The notes under the pieces are model-generated. The model made no database searches. It was given only the letters and a program-made list of their open reading frames with translations, and was not told the DNA's origin. The translations under genes were made by a program, and so were the position numbers. This document shows, in pieces, positions 22,552 to 33,524 of a stretch of 64,000 bases of DNA (its first letter is position 1; each line of letters begins with the position of its first letter). Origin of the DNA: an uncultured cyanobacterium (GTDB lineage: Bacteria; Cyanobacteriota; Cyanobacteriia; Cyanobacteriales; Cyanobacteriaceae); the NCBI GenBank assembly GCA_963749915.1, contig CAVVOP010000020.1, forward strand, positions 219,481 to 283,480. Direction: 5' to 3'.

Positions 22552-24246
22552 ATGCTATCAAGAATATATCTCCGTGTGATCGATAACGTCGGTGAATGGA
22601 ATCCTCAATTATTCCGAGAAGTGAAAGGCAGATTAACGCCGAAAACCATTACCATTGTTTCTTTGGCCTCCATCATAGGGCAGTTTTTACTATATCTCTA
22701 CTTTGAAGGAATATTACCCACCGCAGAAGGAAGTTATAGTCGCTATTGTACCACGACGACAGGGACAGATTTATCTTATTCATCAAAATTTGGTATCTGT
22801 GGTAAGGATTTGTTAGGCAATTTACAAATGATCAAAGAATTATGGTGGTTAGATTTATTTATCACCATGAGTGTAATAGGAGTTTTTATTCTCCTTGTCG
22901 TTGGTAGTTATATGTTAATTGTTGATGTTTCTAAAGAAAACACAAGGAACACTCTTAATTTTATTCGCCTCACTCCCCAATCAGCCATGACGATTTTAGG
23001 CGGCAAAATGCTAGGAGTACCAATTTTAGTCTATTTATTTGGTATTTTGGCGATTCCTCTACATTTAATGGCAGGTTTAAAGGCTAATATTTCTTTTCCC
23101 TTGATCATCGGTTTTTATCTCCTCTTAGGGGTTAGTTGTTTATTTTTCTATACCGTCAGTTTATTATTTAGTTTGGTTTCTCATGGCTTGGGGAATTTTC
23201 AAGGATGGTTTGGAAGTATGGCAATTTTCTTCTTCTTATCTACCATGACAGGAGTTATTTTTGAGGCAAAAAATTTTAGTACTACTTCTCTAGATTGGAT
23301 TATCCTTTTCAATCCTATGGTATTTTTACCCTATTTAGTGAAATCAACCTTTCTCTCTCCCGGTACCATCGGTTATTTATCTTTAAAAGGATTGAATAAC
23401 CTCAACTGGTATGGGAACTTTTGGTGGCAAAACAATATGGTTGGTTTAATGTTAATTATCGCCAATTATGGAATTTGGACATTTTGGTTATGGCAAGGAA
23501 TCAAGCGTCGTTTTCACAATCCTTCTGACACTGTCATTTCCAAATATCATAGTTATCTGATTTCCATTTGTTTTATAGTTTTCAATGTCGGATTTAGCTT
23601 GCAAGAAATTAACTCTTATTCATCCCCTGATGAGAAACTAATCAGTTTACAAGTATTTAACTTTTTCTTTTTCTTGTTACTAATTGGTGCTTTAACACCC
23701 CATCGTCAAAGTTTGCAAGATTGGTCACGTTTTCGTCACGAAAATTCTTCCCATCATCCAAATATCATCACCGATTTACTATTAGGAGAAAAAAGTCCTT
23801 CCCCTTTAGCAATTGCGGCTAATATAGGCATAGTCACCTTATATTTGATTCCGGCGGTATTGATTTTTCCTTTTCAGGAAAGTAAATTGTCGATATTAAC
23901 AGGATTATTCTTAGGTGCAACTATGATGATAATATATGCCACAGTATTTCAATTGTTATTGATGGTGAAAAGCCAAAAAAGAAACTTCATTGCTAGTGGT
24001 GTAATTAGTGCTTTAATTTTTAGCCCCTTTTTCGGTTTAATTATTCTGGGACAAAGTCACCGAAGTTTTCCCTTCATCTGGTTATTTTCTGCTTTTCCTT
24101 TAGTTAGCAGTAGTCAGGTGACTATTTTCCCTGTCATGGGAAGTTTACTCACTCAAATTATGGTAATTATCGGTGTTAACTATCAATTAAAAAAAGTCTT
24201 AAACAAAGCCGGAGTATCAGAAACGAAAATTTTGTTAGAAAATTGA
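22552..24246 (+). CDS. Conserved cyanobacterial polytopic membrane protein (ABC-2 permease-like)
   Basis: WNPQLFRE, TLNFIRLTPQSA..ILGGK; about 12 TM segments. Confidence 0.7.
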   Translation: MLSRIYLRVIDNVGEWNPQLFREVKGRLTPKTITIVSLASIIGQFLLYLYFEGILPTAEGSYSRYCTTTTGTDLSYSSKFGICGKDLLGNLQMIKELWWLDLFITMSVIGVFILLVVGSYMLIVDVSKENTRNTLNFIRLTPQSAMTILGGKMLGVPILVYLFGILAIPLHLMAGLKANISFPLIIGFYLLLGVSCLFFYTVSLLFSLVSHGLGNFQGWFGSMAIFFFLSTMTGVIFEAKNFSTTSLDWIILFNPMVFLPYLVKSTFLSPGTIGYLSLKGLNNLNWYGNFWWQNNMVGLMLIIANYGIWTFWLWQGIKRRFHNPSDTVISKYHSYLISICFIVFNVGFSLQEINSYSSPDEKLISLQVFNFFFFLLLIGALTPHRQSLQDWSRFRHENSSHHPNIITDLLLGEKSPSPLAIAANIGIVTLYLIPAVLIFPFQESKLSILTGLFLGATMMIIYATVFQLLLMVKSQKRNFIASGVISALIFSPFFGLIILGQSHRSFPFIWLFSAFPLVSSSQVTIFPVMGSLLTQIMVIIGVNYQLKKVLNKAGVSETKILLEN

Positions 24247-24318
24247 ATCTTCTCGCAGTATTCACTTAGATCCTGCCTTAAGTTAAAATCCACTGGTGAA
24301 GGTCGGGAATAATGAACG

Positions 24319-24342
24319 AAAAAAAGACGGTGTAAAACCGTC
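24319..24342 (-). terminator. Rho-independent terminator of petE
   Basis: Minus strand GACGGT-TTTAC-ACCGTC followed by T7. Confidence 0.8.
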
Positions 24343-24405
24343 CGAATGAATATTTATTAATAATAACTATTGTCTATTGATCATTCCCCGACTTCTGCAA
24401 GAAGT

Positions 24406-24777
24406 TTATTGTACTGTTACAGTACCTACCATACCGGCACCACGATGAGGTTCACAGTAGTAAGGATATTCGCCGGGTTCAGTAAAAGTAACCTCAAAAG
24501 ATTCACCAGGGGAGAATGCTAAACCCTTATGGCTTAATTTATCAGCATTTTTTACAGAACTTTCAAAAACTACATTATGAGGAGCTAATTTATTATTTAC
24601 CCATTTCACAGTGTCACCAGCTTTGATGGTTATTTTCGCAGGTTGAAATCCTAACGCTCCATTATCAGCACCCATTTTTACCTCCACAGTGTCAGCCTGA
24701 GCCGGGTTTATGGCTGAGAACATCATGGTAATAGCCAACAATAAGGAAGATAAGAATAAACCCAATTTTTTAGTCAT
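24406..24777 (-). CDS. petE: Plastocyanin
   Basis: Signal peptide, [17 protein letters not shown] copper ligands. Confidence 0.97.
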   Translation of the reverse strand: MTKKLGLFLSSLLLAITMMFSAINPAQADTVEVKMGADNGALGFQPAKITIKAGDTVKWVNNKLAPHNVVFESSVKNADKLSHKGLAFSPGESFEVTFTEPGEYPYYCEPHRGAGMVGTVTVQ

Positions 24778-24827
24778 GTGTGTATTAATTAATTCGTTCT
24801 AATTTTTTTCCATTTTACCATGAACTT

Positions 24828-24840
24828 TGACAACCTGTCA
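24828..24840. promoter_or_regulatory. Palindromic operator over the petE -35 region (PetR-like)
   Basis: TGAC-AACCT-GTCA; extended -10 TGGTAAAAT on the minus strand at 24812-24820. Confidence 0.55.
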
Positions 24841-24912
24841 TTTTTAACTTGAAAAATTTTTTCTCGACTCGTACCTTGTATTGATGGCGTTTTATGAGTT
24901 ATAATAGTAAAC

Positions 24913-25006
24913 GACTCGGACTTATGCAATCGTAACGCTCAAACTTTGTCAGGACCGGAAGGTAGCAGCAATACGGGATGCTTATGGTGGGCGTAGGCCT
25001 CGGGTC
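24913..25006 (+). ncRNA. ffs: Signal recognition particle RNA (small bacterial type)
   Basis: Conserved core TCAGGACCGGAAGGTAGCAGC; ends GACTCGG / CGGGTC pair; TATAAT at 24900-24905. Confidence 0.92.
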
Positions 25007-25042
25007 TTCTCTCTTCACGTTGGCAAGTTTTACTTATCAAGT

Positions 25043-25753
25043 TTAAAGCCTTTTAATTACTTTAACTATAACTTCTACCAACTCTGGGGTGACACCTAAT
25101 GGGGGAATAAAGTTTAGTTTACTATTAGTGTTTTTTTGTAATAATTCTATTTCCTGGGCGATTGCCTCTGTAATTTTACCAGAGAATAAAAAATAGGGAA
25201 GAATGGCGATACTTTCAGAGGGAGAATTAGGCAATTTGTCGATTATAGTGGCAAGATTGGGAGGAATTGACCAATAAGCGGTTTCTGCCTTTAGTTTTTG
25301 TGCAATTTCTTCTGATTCTTTATTGCCTTGGGGAATCCTAGTGCCATGAGTTAATAAAATGCGGTGGGTTGTGGGTTGTTGTTGATATTTATACTGCAAT
25401 AATGTGGTTAAATGTTCACTTTGCCCTAAATGAGACATTAACTCTAGTCTTATGGGAGAAAAAGAGCGGGAAATTTCTATTTCTTCGGGTATATCTTCTA
25501 AAACGTGAGTACCAGATAGCAAAAATAAAGGTAGAATTTTAAGAGTTTGGTAGCCTTTTTTAGCGTATTTTCGGGCAAAATTAGCTATTTTTACCGATAA
25601 AGGTTGATCTCCCAATTCTAAATAGGTTGTAATTATGGGCACGGAAAATCCCTGACTATTTAATTTTTCAATAATTAAGTGTTCTAATTGATGTAATTGT
25701 TGACGATAACAAGGATTGCGACTACCATGAACCACTAAAATATAAGCGATCAT
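25043..25753 (-). CDS. Sirohydrochlorin chelatase (CbiX/SirB family)
   Basis: HGSRNP, PLFLLSGTHVLEDIP, HGTR, PYFLFSG. Confidence 0.85.
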   Translation of the reverse strand: MIAYILVVHGSRNPCYRQQLHQLEHLIIEKLNSQGFSVPIITTYLELGDQPLSVKIANFARKYAKKGYQTLKILPLFLLSGTHVLEDIPEEIEISRSFSPIRLELMSHLGQSEHLTTLLQYKYQQQPTTHRILLTHGTRIPQGNKESEEIAQKLKAETAYWSIPPNLATIIDKLPNSPSESIAILPYFLFSGKITEAIAQEIELLQKNTNSKLNFIPPLGVTPELVEVIVKVIKRL

Positions 25754-25916
25754 AATTGATAATTAATGATGGATAATTGACAATGGACAATGGACAGTTG
25801 ACAATGAGAAGGGCAAGAAGGAATCCCCATTGTGGTCATAATTTTCATTAAGTTTAATTGCTCATCACCTATTGCTTTGCTAATCGTTCATTATTTACCC
25901 CAATATTTTATATATT

Positions 25917-26678
25917 ATGGAACTTTTACCCCTTAATTTACAAAGATTAAAAGATCAAGTTGCCATCGTCACCGGTGCATCCAGAGGTATCGGCAAAGCC
26001 ACTGCCTTTGCTTTGGCCTCGGAAGGTGCAAAAGTCGTAATTAATTATGCTAGTAACAGTCAAGCCGCCGATGCTGTCGTTAGTGAAATCGTCACTGCAG
26101 GAGGAGAGGCCATCGCCATTGGTGCCGATGTATCAAAACAGGAAGCGGTAGAAGAAATGTTCAAACAAACCACTAATAAATGGGGAAGGGTCGATATTTT
26201 AGTTAATAATGCTGGAATTACACGGGATACTTTAATGTTGCGGATGAAATTAGAAGATTGGCAACAAGTAATCAACCTCAATTTAACAGGGGTATTTTTA
26301 TGTTGTAAAGCCGCTAGTAAAATTATGTTGAAACAAAGAAGCGGTAGAATTATTAATATCTCATCAGTGGCAGGACAAATGGGCAATCCAGGACAAGCCA
26401 ATTATAGTGCCGCTAAAGCAGGAGTCATCGGGTTAACTAAAACCCTAGCTAAGGAATTTTCCAGTCGCGGTGTTACGGTTAATGCTGTCGCACCCGGATT
26501 CATTGAAACAGACATGACAGAAGGTTTACAAGCGGCAGAAATCCTAAAAGCGATCCCCCTCAACCGCTATGGCAAACCCGAAGAAATTGCAGGAATGATT
26601 CGCTTTTTAGCTGCCGATACTGCTTCCAATTATATTACGGGGCAAGTATTTAACGTTGATGGCGGTATGGTGATGTAG
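25917..26678 (+). CDS. fabG: 3-oxoacyl-ACP reductase
   Basis: TGASRGIG, NNAGITRD, GQANYSAAK, VDGGM. Confidence 0.93.
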   Translation: MELLPLNLQRLKDQVAIVTGASRGIGKATAFALASEGAKVVINYASNSQAADAVVSEIVTAGGEAIAIGADVSKQEAVEEMFKQTTNKWGRVDILVNNAGITRDTLMLRMKLEDWQQVINLNLTGVFLCCKAASKIMLKQRSGRIINISSVAGQMGNPGQANYSAAKAGVIGLTKTLAKEFSSRGVTVNAVAPGFIETDMTEGLQAAEILKAIPLNRYGKPEEIAGMIRFLAADTASNYITGQVFNVDGGMVM

Positions 26679-26718
26679 ATTGATCGTTCATTATTGATTG
26701 CTAATTGTCAATCACTGA

Positions 26719-26820
26719 TTATTTGTGGGCGATAACCCATGCGATCGCGGGAAGTAAGATAATACTGGCGACCGTGATGATGGAAATAACCCAAATAGCA
26801 TTGGTATATTCTAAAGTCAT
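26719..26820 (-). CDS. 33-aa single-TM microprotein (below the ORF-track cutoff)
   Basis: MTLEYTNAIWVISIITVASIILLPAIAWVIAHK; AGAGAGG RBS 9 nt upstream; TAGAAT -10 at 26903-26908. Confidence 0.65.
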   Translation of the reverse strand: MTLEYTNAIWVISIITVASIILLPAIAWVIAHK

Positions 26821-26969
26821 AGTGCGAATCCTCTCTATCTATAGTCAGTTTTCCTAGCAGTAAGCAAAAAAAGACTTAAGGGTAATTAGTTGCTGTGCCT
26901 CTATTCTAACGGGTTATTCTTGCAGATTGTTATTTTTGTTACAAAAATTTGAAATTTAATTCTTAATTG

Positions 26970-27779
26970 CTAACTTTTTCCTAATTCTTGAGATCTTTTA
27001 TATGCAGCGGTTACGGCCGAAATCACTGCAGTGCGGAAGCCATTTTTCTCCAATTCTGCTACTCCCGCTATAGTTGTACCCCCAGGGCTTGTAACCTGAT
27101 CTTTCAACAAAGCTGGGTGTAAATTTTGTTGTTTCACTAATTCTGCTGTGCCTAAAACCGTTTGTGTTGCTAGTTGTAAGGCGATCCCACGGGGCAAACC
27201 TGAAGCTACACCACCATCCGCTAAAGCCTCTATCATCAATGCTACAAAAGCCGGACCAGAACCGGATAAACCAGTTACAGCATCCATTAAATATTCTGGT
27301 ACTTCAATTACTGAACCGATAGCGGTAAAAATAGAGAGAGTAAGTGTTAATTGATGATCAGAAACAAGGTTATTAGGACTGACAGCAGTCATTCCTTCTG
27401 CCACAAGGGCGGGGGCATTAGGCATCACCCTCACAATGGGAAATTGCGGAAATCCTTGGGCTAATTTATCTAAGGAAACTCCGGCCAAAATCGAGAGAAT
27501 TAAGGGTGTTTTCCGGTCGGGGTTTAAAGTTAAATTAGAGACTACGGAGGTGAAAATCTGGGGTTTAATAGCCAAAATGATGATGTCGGCATTGTCTAAA
27601 ACTTCTTGGTTTTTTTCGGTGGCAATAACCGAATATTTTTCTTGCCAAAACTGATGACGATTAGCAGAAGGTTTACTGATAATAATTTGTGAGGGAGTAT
27701 AAATATTTTCTTTAATCAAACGGGAAATAATCGCTTCGGCCATTACTCCACCACCGATAACACCTAATTTAAAAGACAC
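26970..27779 (-). CDS. proC: Pyrroline-5-carboxylate reductase
   Basis: GGGVMA, RVMPN, TGLSGSGPAF, VTSPGGTT. Confidence 0.96.
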   Translation of the reverse strand: MSFKLGVIGGGVMAEAIISRLIKENIYTPSQIIISKPSANRHQFWQEKYSVIATEKNQEVLDNADIIILAIKPQIFTSVVSNLTLNPDRKTPLILSILAGVSLDKLAQGFPQFPIVRVMPNAPALVAEGMTAVSPNNLVSDHQLTLTLSIFTAIGSVIEVPEYLMDAVTGLSGSGPAFVALMIEALADGGVASGLPRGIALQLATQTVLGTAELVKQQNLHPALLKDQVTSPGGTTIAGVAELEKNGFRTAVISAVTAAYKRSQELGKS

Positions 27780-27875
27780 TTAATTTCGATCTAAATTCTA
27801 GCTCAAGTTAAAAATATTGTAAGAGAAAAATGAATGTTTTCAGTATTTACTATTAACTGCTAATTGTTAATTATT

Positions 27876-28538
27876 TTATTGTGCTACTTTTGCGGATACC
27901 GAATTGGTGTCATCGTCCCAAAGGGATTCAGAAAAGGAACCGCCTAAACCGCCACCGCCTACAAGAGGTTCTCTAACTTGATAAGAGGTACCAGACACGG
28001 TACTGACTTTCACGTTTCTGGGGGTGAATAAAAAGATGCTTTCTCCGATTCTCTCTTGGTGACCGTCAATGGCGTAAGTACCACCAGCAACGAAATCCAC
28101 TGCTCTTTGCGCCTCGTCTGGTTCCATTATATTTAAGTTTAATACCACACATCTTTGTTCTTTTAAGGTTTGAATTACTTGGGGTATTTCATCAAAAGAA
28201 TGGGGTTCAATGACTACGACTTCATTCACAATGTTATTCACTCCTGGCATGCCGATAACGTTACTGGGTAAACTACTTCCGATACTATTGCTGTCCATAT
28301 CCATATAAGAAGGTGAAGGTAACTCCATTTTGAGATGGGATTTATCACGGTGACGACGATAATAGGGGGTGGGAGATTGCACAAGAGTTTCGGGTTGTGA
28401 TTCTATGACAGAATCAACAGTCTTTTCATCTTGGTGCAAATCTTGGGTGGCCATATTCTCGATTTCGTCCTCGTAATATTGGTAATCTTGTTGACCTCCA
28501 CCAATGATATCTTTTAATTTGCCTAAAAAATTGCTCAC
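27876..28538 (-). CDS. sepF: Cell division protein SepF
   Basis: [38 protein letters not shown]. Confidence 0.93.
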   Translation of the reverse strand: MSNFLGKLKDIIGGGQQDYQYYEDEIENMATQDLHQDEKTVDSVIESQPETLVQSPTPYYRRHRDKSHLKMELPSPSYMDMDSNSIGSSLPSNVIGMPGVNNIVNEVVVIEPHSFDEIPQVIQTLKEQRCVVLNLNIMEPDEAQRAVDFVAGGTYAIDGHQERIGESIFLFTPRNVKVSTVSGTSYQVREPLVGGGGLGGSFSESLWDDDTNSVSAKVAQ

Positions 28539-28754
28539 TTGTTTAATTCCTCAACGACTCTAGTATAATAGTACAAACTTTGTGATTCTATACACAAATT
28601 TACGGAAACTTTATCTTTACTTTATAATTTTAGGTGCAAAAATAAAACTTATTTTGTCTAATTTACTTGAATTAATGTTCTAACTACCGAAGAATGTCTT
28701 GGAGGCTTTCAGTCGAAAATGGCGATCGCATTTTCAAATCACAACAGTGGAGTA

Positions 28755-28861
28755 GTGGTCTGTCAAGATAGTTTTGAGGGACTGGGAACGGATAATTTTG
28801 GATTTTGGATTTTAGATTTTGGAGAATCCTGCTATTCCCCATTTCAAAATTGCTAGACCAG
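28755..28861 (+). mobile_element. IS630-type MITE, copy 1 (107 bp)
   Basis: TA|GTGGTCTGTCAA ... TTGCTAGACCAG|TA; near-identical to the reverse complement of 54316-54415. Confidence 0.85.
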
Positions 28862-28905
28862 TAGACTATTGAGGCAAATAATCGTTATGTGTTATGTGAA
28901 AAACT

Positions 28906-30432
28906 ATGGGGCGCCATAATCAATCAGCAAAATCGCAACAAAAATTATTCTTTTTTTTAAGGCTTTTAAATTGGTACTCTCAAAGGCTAATTATAGCCAA
29001 AATAATAGCAATAATTTCTGTATTAAACTTAGGAGTTGTTTTTTTTGATTTAAGCTATATTCCCTTAAGAGATATATGGTTAAACGGCAAAATAACCCTC
29101 GGTAAATTTAAAATATCAAACTATGAATATGAAGGATTAACCCTCAAAATAATACCTAAATCTTGGCGAGAAAAAATTACTCAATATGATGCCATAAAAG
29201 GAATTGTACCTTATCGAGATACTCAACAATATTTGGAAGAAGTAAACAGATTAGAAAATAGCATTAATCAGCATGGGTTAAATAGTGAAGAAACTGAAGG
29301 AATTTTACACAATCTTGGGGAAATGAGTATCAATATGATTGTTGAAGATCCCTTTAAAATAGCTAATAAAAGCGGTACATTAGAGATAATTAAAAATAGA
29401 ATGCGGGAACACATGGATTCCTATATTAAAAATCCAGAATCTTCATCAAAATTAGCCTTCACCTCTTTTTGGACAGTGGATAATTTGCGGAAAAATTTAT
29501 CCCAACAATTAAACTTTTTTAATGAAGAAATTAGACCATTAATAAGAACTAATTATTATCGCCCCATCGGAGAAAATGGAGAATTTGTTGACTATTTTGG
29601 CATAATAGATTTTCCATTTATTATGATTATTTTTACGGACTATATGATTCGCTGTGCCGCCATTAGTATTCGCTATCAAGGTGTTAAATTTCAAGATGCT
29701 ATTTTATGGCGTTGGTATGATTTAATTTTTCTTTTCCCTATTTTTAGATGGTTAAGAATTATTCCCGTAACTATACGTTTAGATGAAGCTCAATTACTAG
29801 ATTCTCAGAGGATTAAAAAACAACTTAGTAAAGGTTTTGTGGCGAAAATTGCTGGAGATATAACCCAAGTAGTTATACTGAGAATCGTTAATCAAGTTCA
29901 AAAAACTATCGAAAAAGGAGAGATAGAAAAAGTTTTATTTAAAGAAGAAACAAAAGAATATATTGATTTAAGTGGTCGTGATGAAACAGCAGAAATTATC
30001 AAATTATTAATTAATTTAGTTGCCTATGAAATGTTACCAGAAATTCGTCCAGATGTAGAAAATTTACTTACCTATATCTTGGAAAAAACGATTATTGAAT
30101 CTTCCATTTATCAAAACATAGAACATTTACTAGGCTTAAAAACCTTTCCTAAAAATATTAGTAGTAAGCTGGCTAGCCAATCATATGAAATCTTTTTAAA
30201 CACCATTAATAATATGTTAAAAGAAGATCCTATTTTTGAGCAATATTTAGAAAAAATTATTGACAAATCTAGTAGAATTATGAGTCTGCGTCCCAATGCC
30301 AGATATGATATTCATAAAATGGAAGAATTATTAATAATTTTATTAGAAGAAGTAAAAGTTAATTATGTTCAACAATTATCTGACGAAGATGTAGATGTTT
30401 TAATGGACGAAATTAGGGCAATTAATAATTGA
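28906..30432 (+). CDS. Conserved cyanobacterial hypothetical membrane protein
   Basis: 508-aa ORF; FDLSYIPLRD, WRWYD..FRWLRIIPV. Confidence 0.75.
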   Translation: MGRHNQSAKSQQKLFFFLRLLNWYSQRLIIAKIIAIISVLNLGVVFFDLSYIPLRDIWLNGKITLGKFKISNYEYEGLTLKIIPKSWREKITQYDAIKGIVPYRDTQQYLEEVNRLENSINQHGLNSEETEGILHNLGEMSINMIVEDPFKIANKSGTLEIIKNRMREHMDSYIKNPESSSKLAFTSFWTVDNLRKNLSQQLNFFNEEIRPLIRTNYYRPIGENGEFVDYFGIIDFPFIMIIFTDYMIRCAAISIRYQGVKFQDAILWRWYDLIFLFPIFRWLRIIPVTIRLDEAQLLDSQRIKKQLSKGFVAKIAGDITQVVILRIVNQVQKTIEKGEIEKVLFKEETKEYIDLSGRDETAEIIKLLINLVAYEMLPEIRPDVENLLTYILEKTIIESSIYQNIEHLLGLKTFPKNISSKLASQSYEIFLNTINNMLKEDPIFEQYLEKIIDKSSRIMSLRPNARYDIHKMEELLIILLEEVKVNYVQQLSDEDVDVLMDEIRAINN

Positions 30433-30678
30433 TAATTAATAATATTAAAACAAAACAAATCATCAGATTTGTCAATAATATTTGAGAAGGTAGAGAAGAT
30501 TCGATGATATTCTAAGGCAACAGTGAATCTTAAATGGTTGTAAAAAATATTAATAACTGCTAATTGTCAATATTGATACTGTCAAGAAAAGAAAATAGTT
30601 TTATTAATAATATTGTTCTACCTAGTGATGAAAATTGTCCCACTTCAAAGCTAGAAAAACTTAATTAATGTTAACATT

Positions 30679-31179
30679 GTGATGGGATTAATAGGAGTGA
30701 CACCAATGGATTTTAGCCATATCCAATTTTGTACTGACAAAACTAAAATAGATTTAGTACAATTGTTAGAACTATATAAAAATACCGCTTTTTGGGCACA
30801 AGATCGTACTTTAGAAGATGTCGAAATTGCTATCGCAAATAGTAACCCCGTTGTTTCAGTTTGGGATAATCAACGGTTAATCGGTTGTGCCAGGGCAACT
30901 TCTGATGGTGTTTATCGTGCTACCATCTGGGATGTGGTCATTCACCCTAACTATCAAGGTTATGGTTTGGGCAGTAAATTAGTAGAAACTTTAATTAGTC
31001 ATCCTCATCTCAATCGGGTGGAAAGAGTTTATTTAACGACTACTCACCAACAAAAGTTCTATCAGAAAATCGGTTTCACGGAAAATTCTACTACCACGAT
31101 GGTTTTATATAATCGTTATCCCACTAGCAATGATTTAGTTAAAGAGTCCCAAGGGGAAGAAGTATCTGCCACCGTGTAG
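30679..31179 (+). CDS. GNAT family N-acetyltransferase (start probably ATG 30706)
   Basis: AFWA, IWDVVIHPNYQGYGLG, FYQKIGF. Confidence 0.88.
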   Translation: MMGLIGVTPMDFSHIQFCTDKTKIDLVQLLELYKNTAFWAQDRTLEDVEIAIANSNPVVSVWDNQRLIGCARATSDGVYRATIWDVVIHPNYQGYGLGSKLVETLISHPHLNRVERVYLTTTHQQKFYQKIGFTENSTTTMVLYNRYPTSNDLVKESQGEEVSATV

Positions 31180-31957
31180 AATTATTGTTCTCATTGTCGG
31201 AATTTAACAACAATTTTCCCCCCATCATCTCTAACAAAGTTTCTCCTAACACTATTTTCATGCCACTGGATAATTGAGGCAGACTGTTTAACCGTTTCAA
31301 TTCTTCGATGGGAAGTTTAATTAAGTCGATATTTTCACTAATAGTTAGATGTTGACAGGGGAAGTCAATATTAACAACGACTTTTTGAGTATCTTCTTGA
31401 GTGACAACGGTTAAAGTTATATCCCCCATTTCGCTATAATCAATCACGGCCTCTAACAGGGAAAAAAGGGTATTCGTTAACTTTTCTCTATCAACATTCA
31501 CCATCACATTATCTTCTATCTGTTTCAACTTCAGCTTAAGGTTACTATTTGCCGCCTGTAAAGCCATTATTTCTTGTATATCTGCTAACAATTCCGATAA
31601 ATTAACTTTTTGTATCTCTAAAGTTAGCCCACCTACTTCTAGTTTTGATACTTCTGTTAATTGATCAATAATCCCCATTAATTTCTTGGCGTATTTATAA
31701 GCCTCTTTAATAAACTCCTTTTCTTCTTCGTGACTTTCACATAAATCATTGATAATTAACTGATGTAATCCTATTAAACTACTAAGAGGTGAGCGAATTT
31801 CGTGGGTGATTCTACCGAGAAAACCAGACTTAAACCGATTATTTTGTAAGGATTCTTGATAAGCCAGTTTTGTTTTTGTTAATTCTTCTGCAAGGTTATT
31901 TATATCTGTCATATATCCTTTAATACTATCGTTAATCTCTCTGTCTCCGTGCAACAA
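31139..31957 (-). CDS. HisKA-domain protein with degenerate HATPase domain
   Basis: THEIRSPL H-box intact; no recognisable N, G1 or G2 boxes. Confidence 0.75.
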   Translation of the reverse strand: MLHGDREINDSIKGYMTDINNLAEELTKTKLAYQESLQNNRFKSGFLGRITHEIRSPLSSLIGLHQLIINDLCESHEEEKEFIKEAYKYAKKLMGIIDQLTEVSKLEVGGLTLEIQKVNLSELLADIQEIMALQAANSNLKLKLKQIEDNVMVNVDREKLTNTLFSLLEAVIDYSEMGDITLTVVTQEDTQKVVVNIDFPCQHLTISENIDLIKLPIEELKRLNSLPQLSSGMKIVLGETLLEMMGGKLLLNSDNENNNSTRWQILLPLGTL

Positions 31958-31990
31958 AGTCGCAGAATATTGTCAACTGTCAATTGTCAA

Positions 31991-33235
31991 TTACAAATCA
32001 ATACCGTCAAGATGTTTGGCGACGGTTTGCACATCTTTGTCACCACGTCCAGAACAATTAATGATAACACGAGGACTACCCTCAATATTAGGACAAAGTT
32101 TATCAAGATAGGCAAAAGCGTGAGCAGTTTCTAAGGCGGGGATAATACCTTCCAACTTACACACCAACTGAAAAGCCTTTAAAGCTCCATCATCGGTGAC
32201 ACTATAATATTCAGCTCTACCTTCATCTTTCAGGTAACTATGTTCTGGTCCCACTCCAGGATAATCTAACCCCGCACTAATAGAATGGGCTTCAGTAACT
32301 TGTCCTTCTGTATCTTGAAGTAAATAACTCATCGCACCGTGTAAAACTCCCGGTTTTCCTTGGGTTAAGGTCGCTGCGTGTTTTCCTGATGTAATGCCGC
32401 TTCCTTCCGCTTCCACACCGATTAAGCGTACAGAGGGATCACCTACAAACTCATAAAATAAACCCATAGCATTTGAACCACCGCCCACACAGGCGAGTAA
32501 AATATCAGGTAAACCACCCCATTTTTCTAAACATTGGCTACGGGTTTCTTGACCGATGACCCCGTGAAAATCTCTCACCATCATCGGATAAGGATGAGGT
32601 CCTGCGACAGATCCTAAGATATAATGAGTGCTTTCTACATTCGTCACCCAATCTCTGATTGCTTCAGATGTAGCATCTTTGAGAGTACCAGTTCCAGCAG
32701 ATACAGGTTGAACTTTTGCCCCTAAAAGACGCATTCTGAATACATTTAACTTTTGGCGTTCCATATCTTCTACGCCCATATATATTACACAATCTAAACC
32801 AAAACGAGCACATACTGTAGCGGTTGCGACACCGTGTTGTCCTGCTCCAGTTTCAGCAATAATTCTTTTTTTTCCCATGCGCACAGCTAGTAAAACTTGC
32901 CCTAAAGCGTTATTAATTTTATGAGCGCCAGTGTGGTTTAAGTCTTCTCGTTTAAGGTAAATTTTAGCACCTGTGCCGTCAGTATTAGCGTAATATTGAG
33001 TTAATCTTTCAGCAAAATAAAGAGGATTTGGTCTACCAACATAATCTTTAAGTAGTTGATTTAATTCTTGTTGAAAATCAGGGTCGTTTTTGTACTTGTT
33101 ATAGGCATTCTCTAACTCGCTTAAGGCGGGCATCAAGGTTTCTGGTACATATTTACCGCCGTATTTACCAAAACGTCCGAAATTATCAGGTACTTGAGTA
33201 AAATTAGTCTTATTTTTAAGAGGAGTAACAGTCAC
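31991..33235 (-). CDS. trpB: Tryptophan synthase beta chain
   Basis: [34 protein letters not shown]. Confidence 0.97.
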   Translation of the reverse strand: MTVTPLKNKTNFTQVPDNFGRFGKYGGKYVPETLMPALSELENAYNKYKNDPDFQQELNQLLKDYVGRPNPLYFAERLTQYYANTDGTGAKIYLKREDLNHTGAHKINNALGQVLLAVRMGKKRIIAETGAGQHGVATATVCARFGLDCVIYMGVEDMERQKLNVFRMRLLGAKVQPVSAGTGTLKDATSEAIRDWVTNVESTHYILGSVAGPHPYPMMVRDFHGVIGQETRSQCLEKWGGLPDILLACVGGGSNAMGLFYEFVGDPSVRLIGVEAEGSGITSGKHAATLTQGKPGVLHGAMSYLLQDTEGQVTEAHSISAGLDYPGVGPEHSYLKDEGRAEYYSVTDDGALKAFQLVCKLEGIIPALETAHAFAYLDKLCPNIEGSPRVIINCSGRGDKDVQTVAKHLDGIDL

Positions 33236-33524
33236 AATTTTTACTTATAGTTTCATTAAAGTTGATTCTGTAACTATTCTACTGTGAGGTTTGATCATCC
33301 GTTAAGAAATTAGAGATAATCTTCTGTTTTTTCATTTTTTGATTCTCAGCATTCAATTAAACCTTCTGCCCTCTGGCTTACAACCTCCGATAATGATATT
33401 TTCCACAACCCTCTAAGTATTGACAGATGAGTACGGATTCAGATTCTCAGAAATGTAACAATCTGTTATAATTAGTGGTAGTGAAAACAACGAAAATTAA
33501 CAAAATTACAAGGAGGAATAATCA

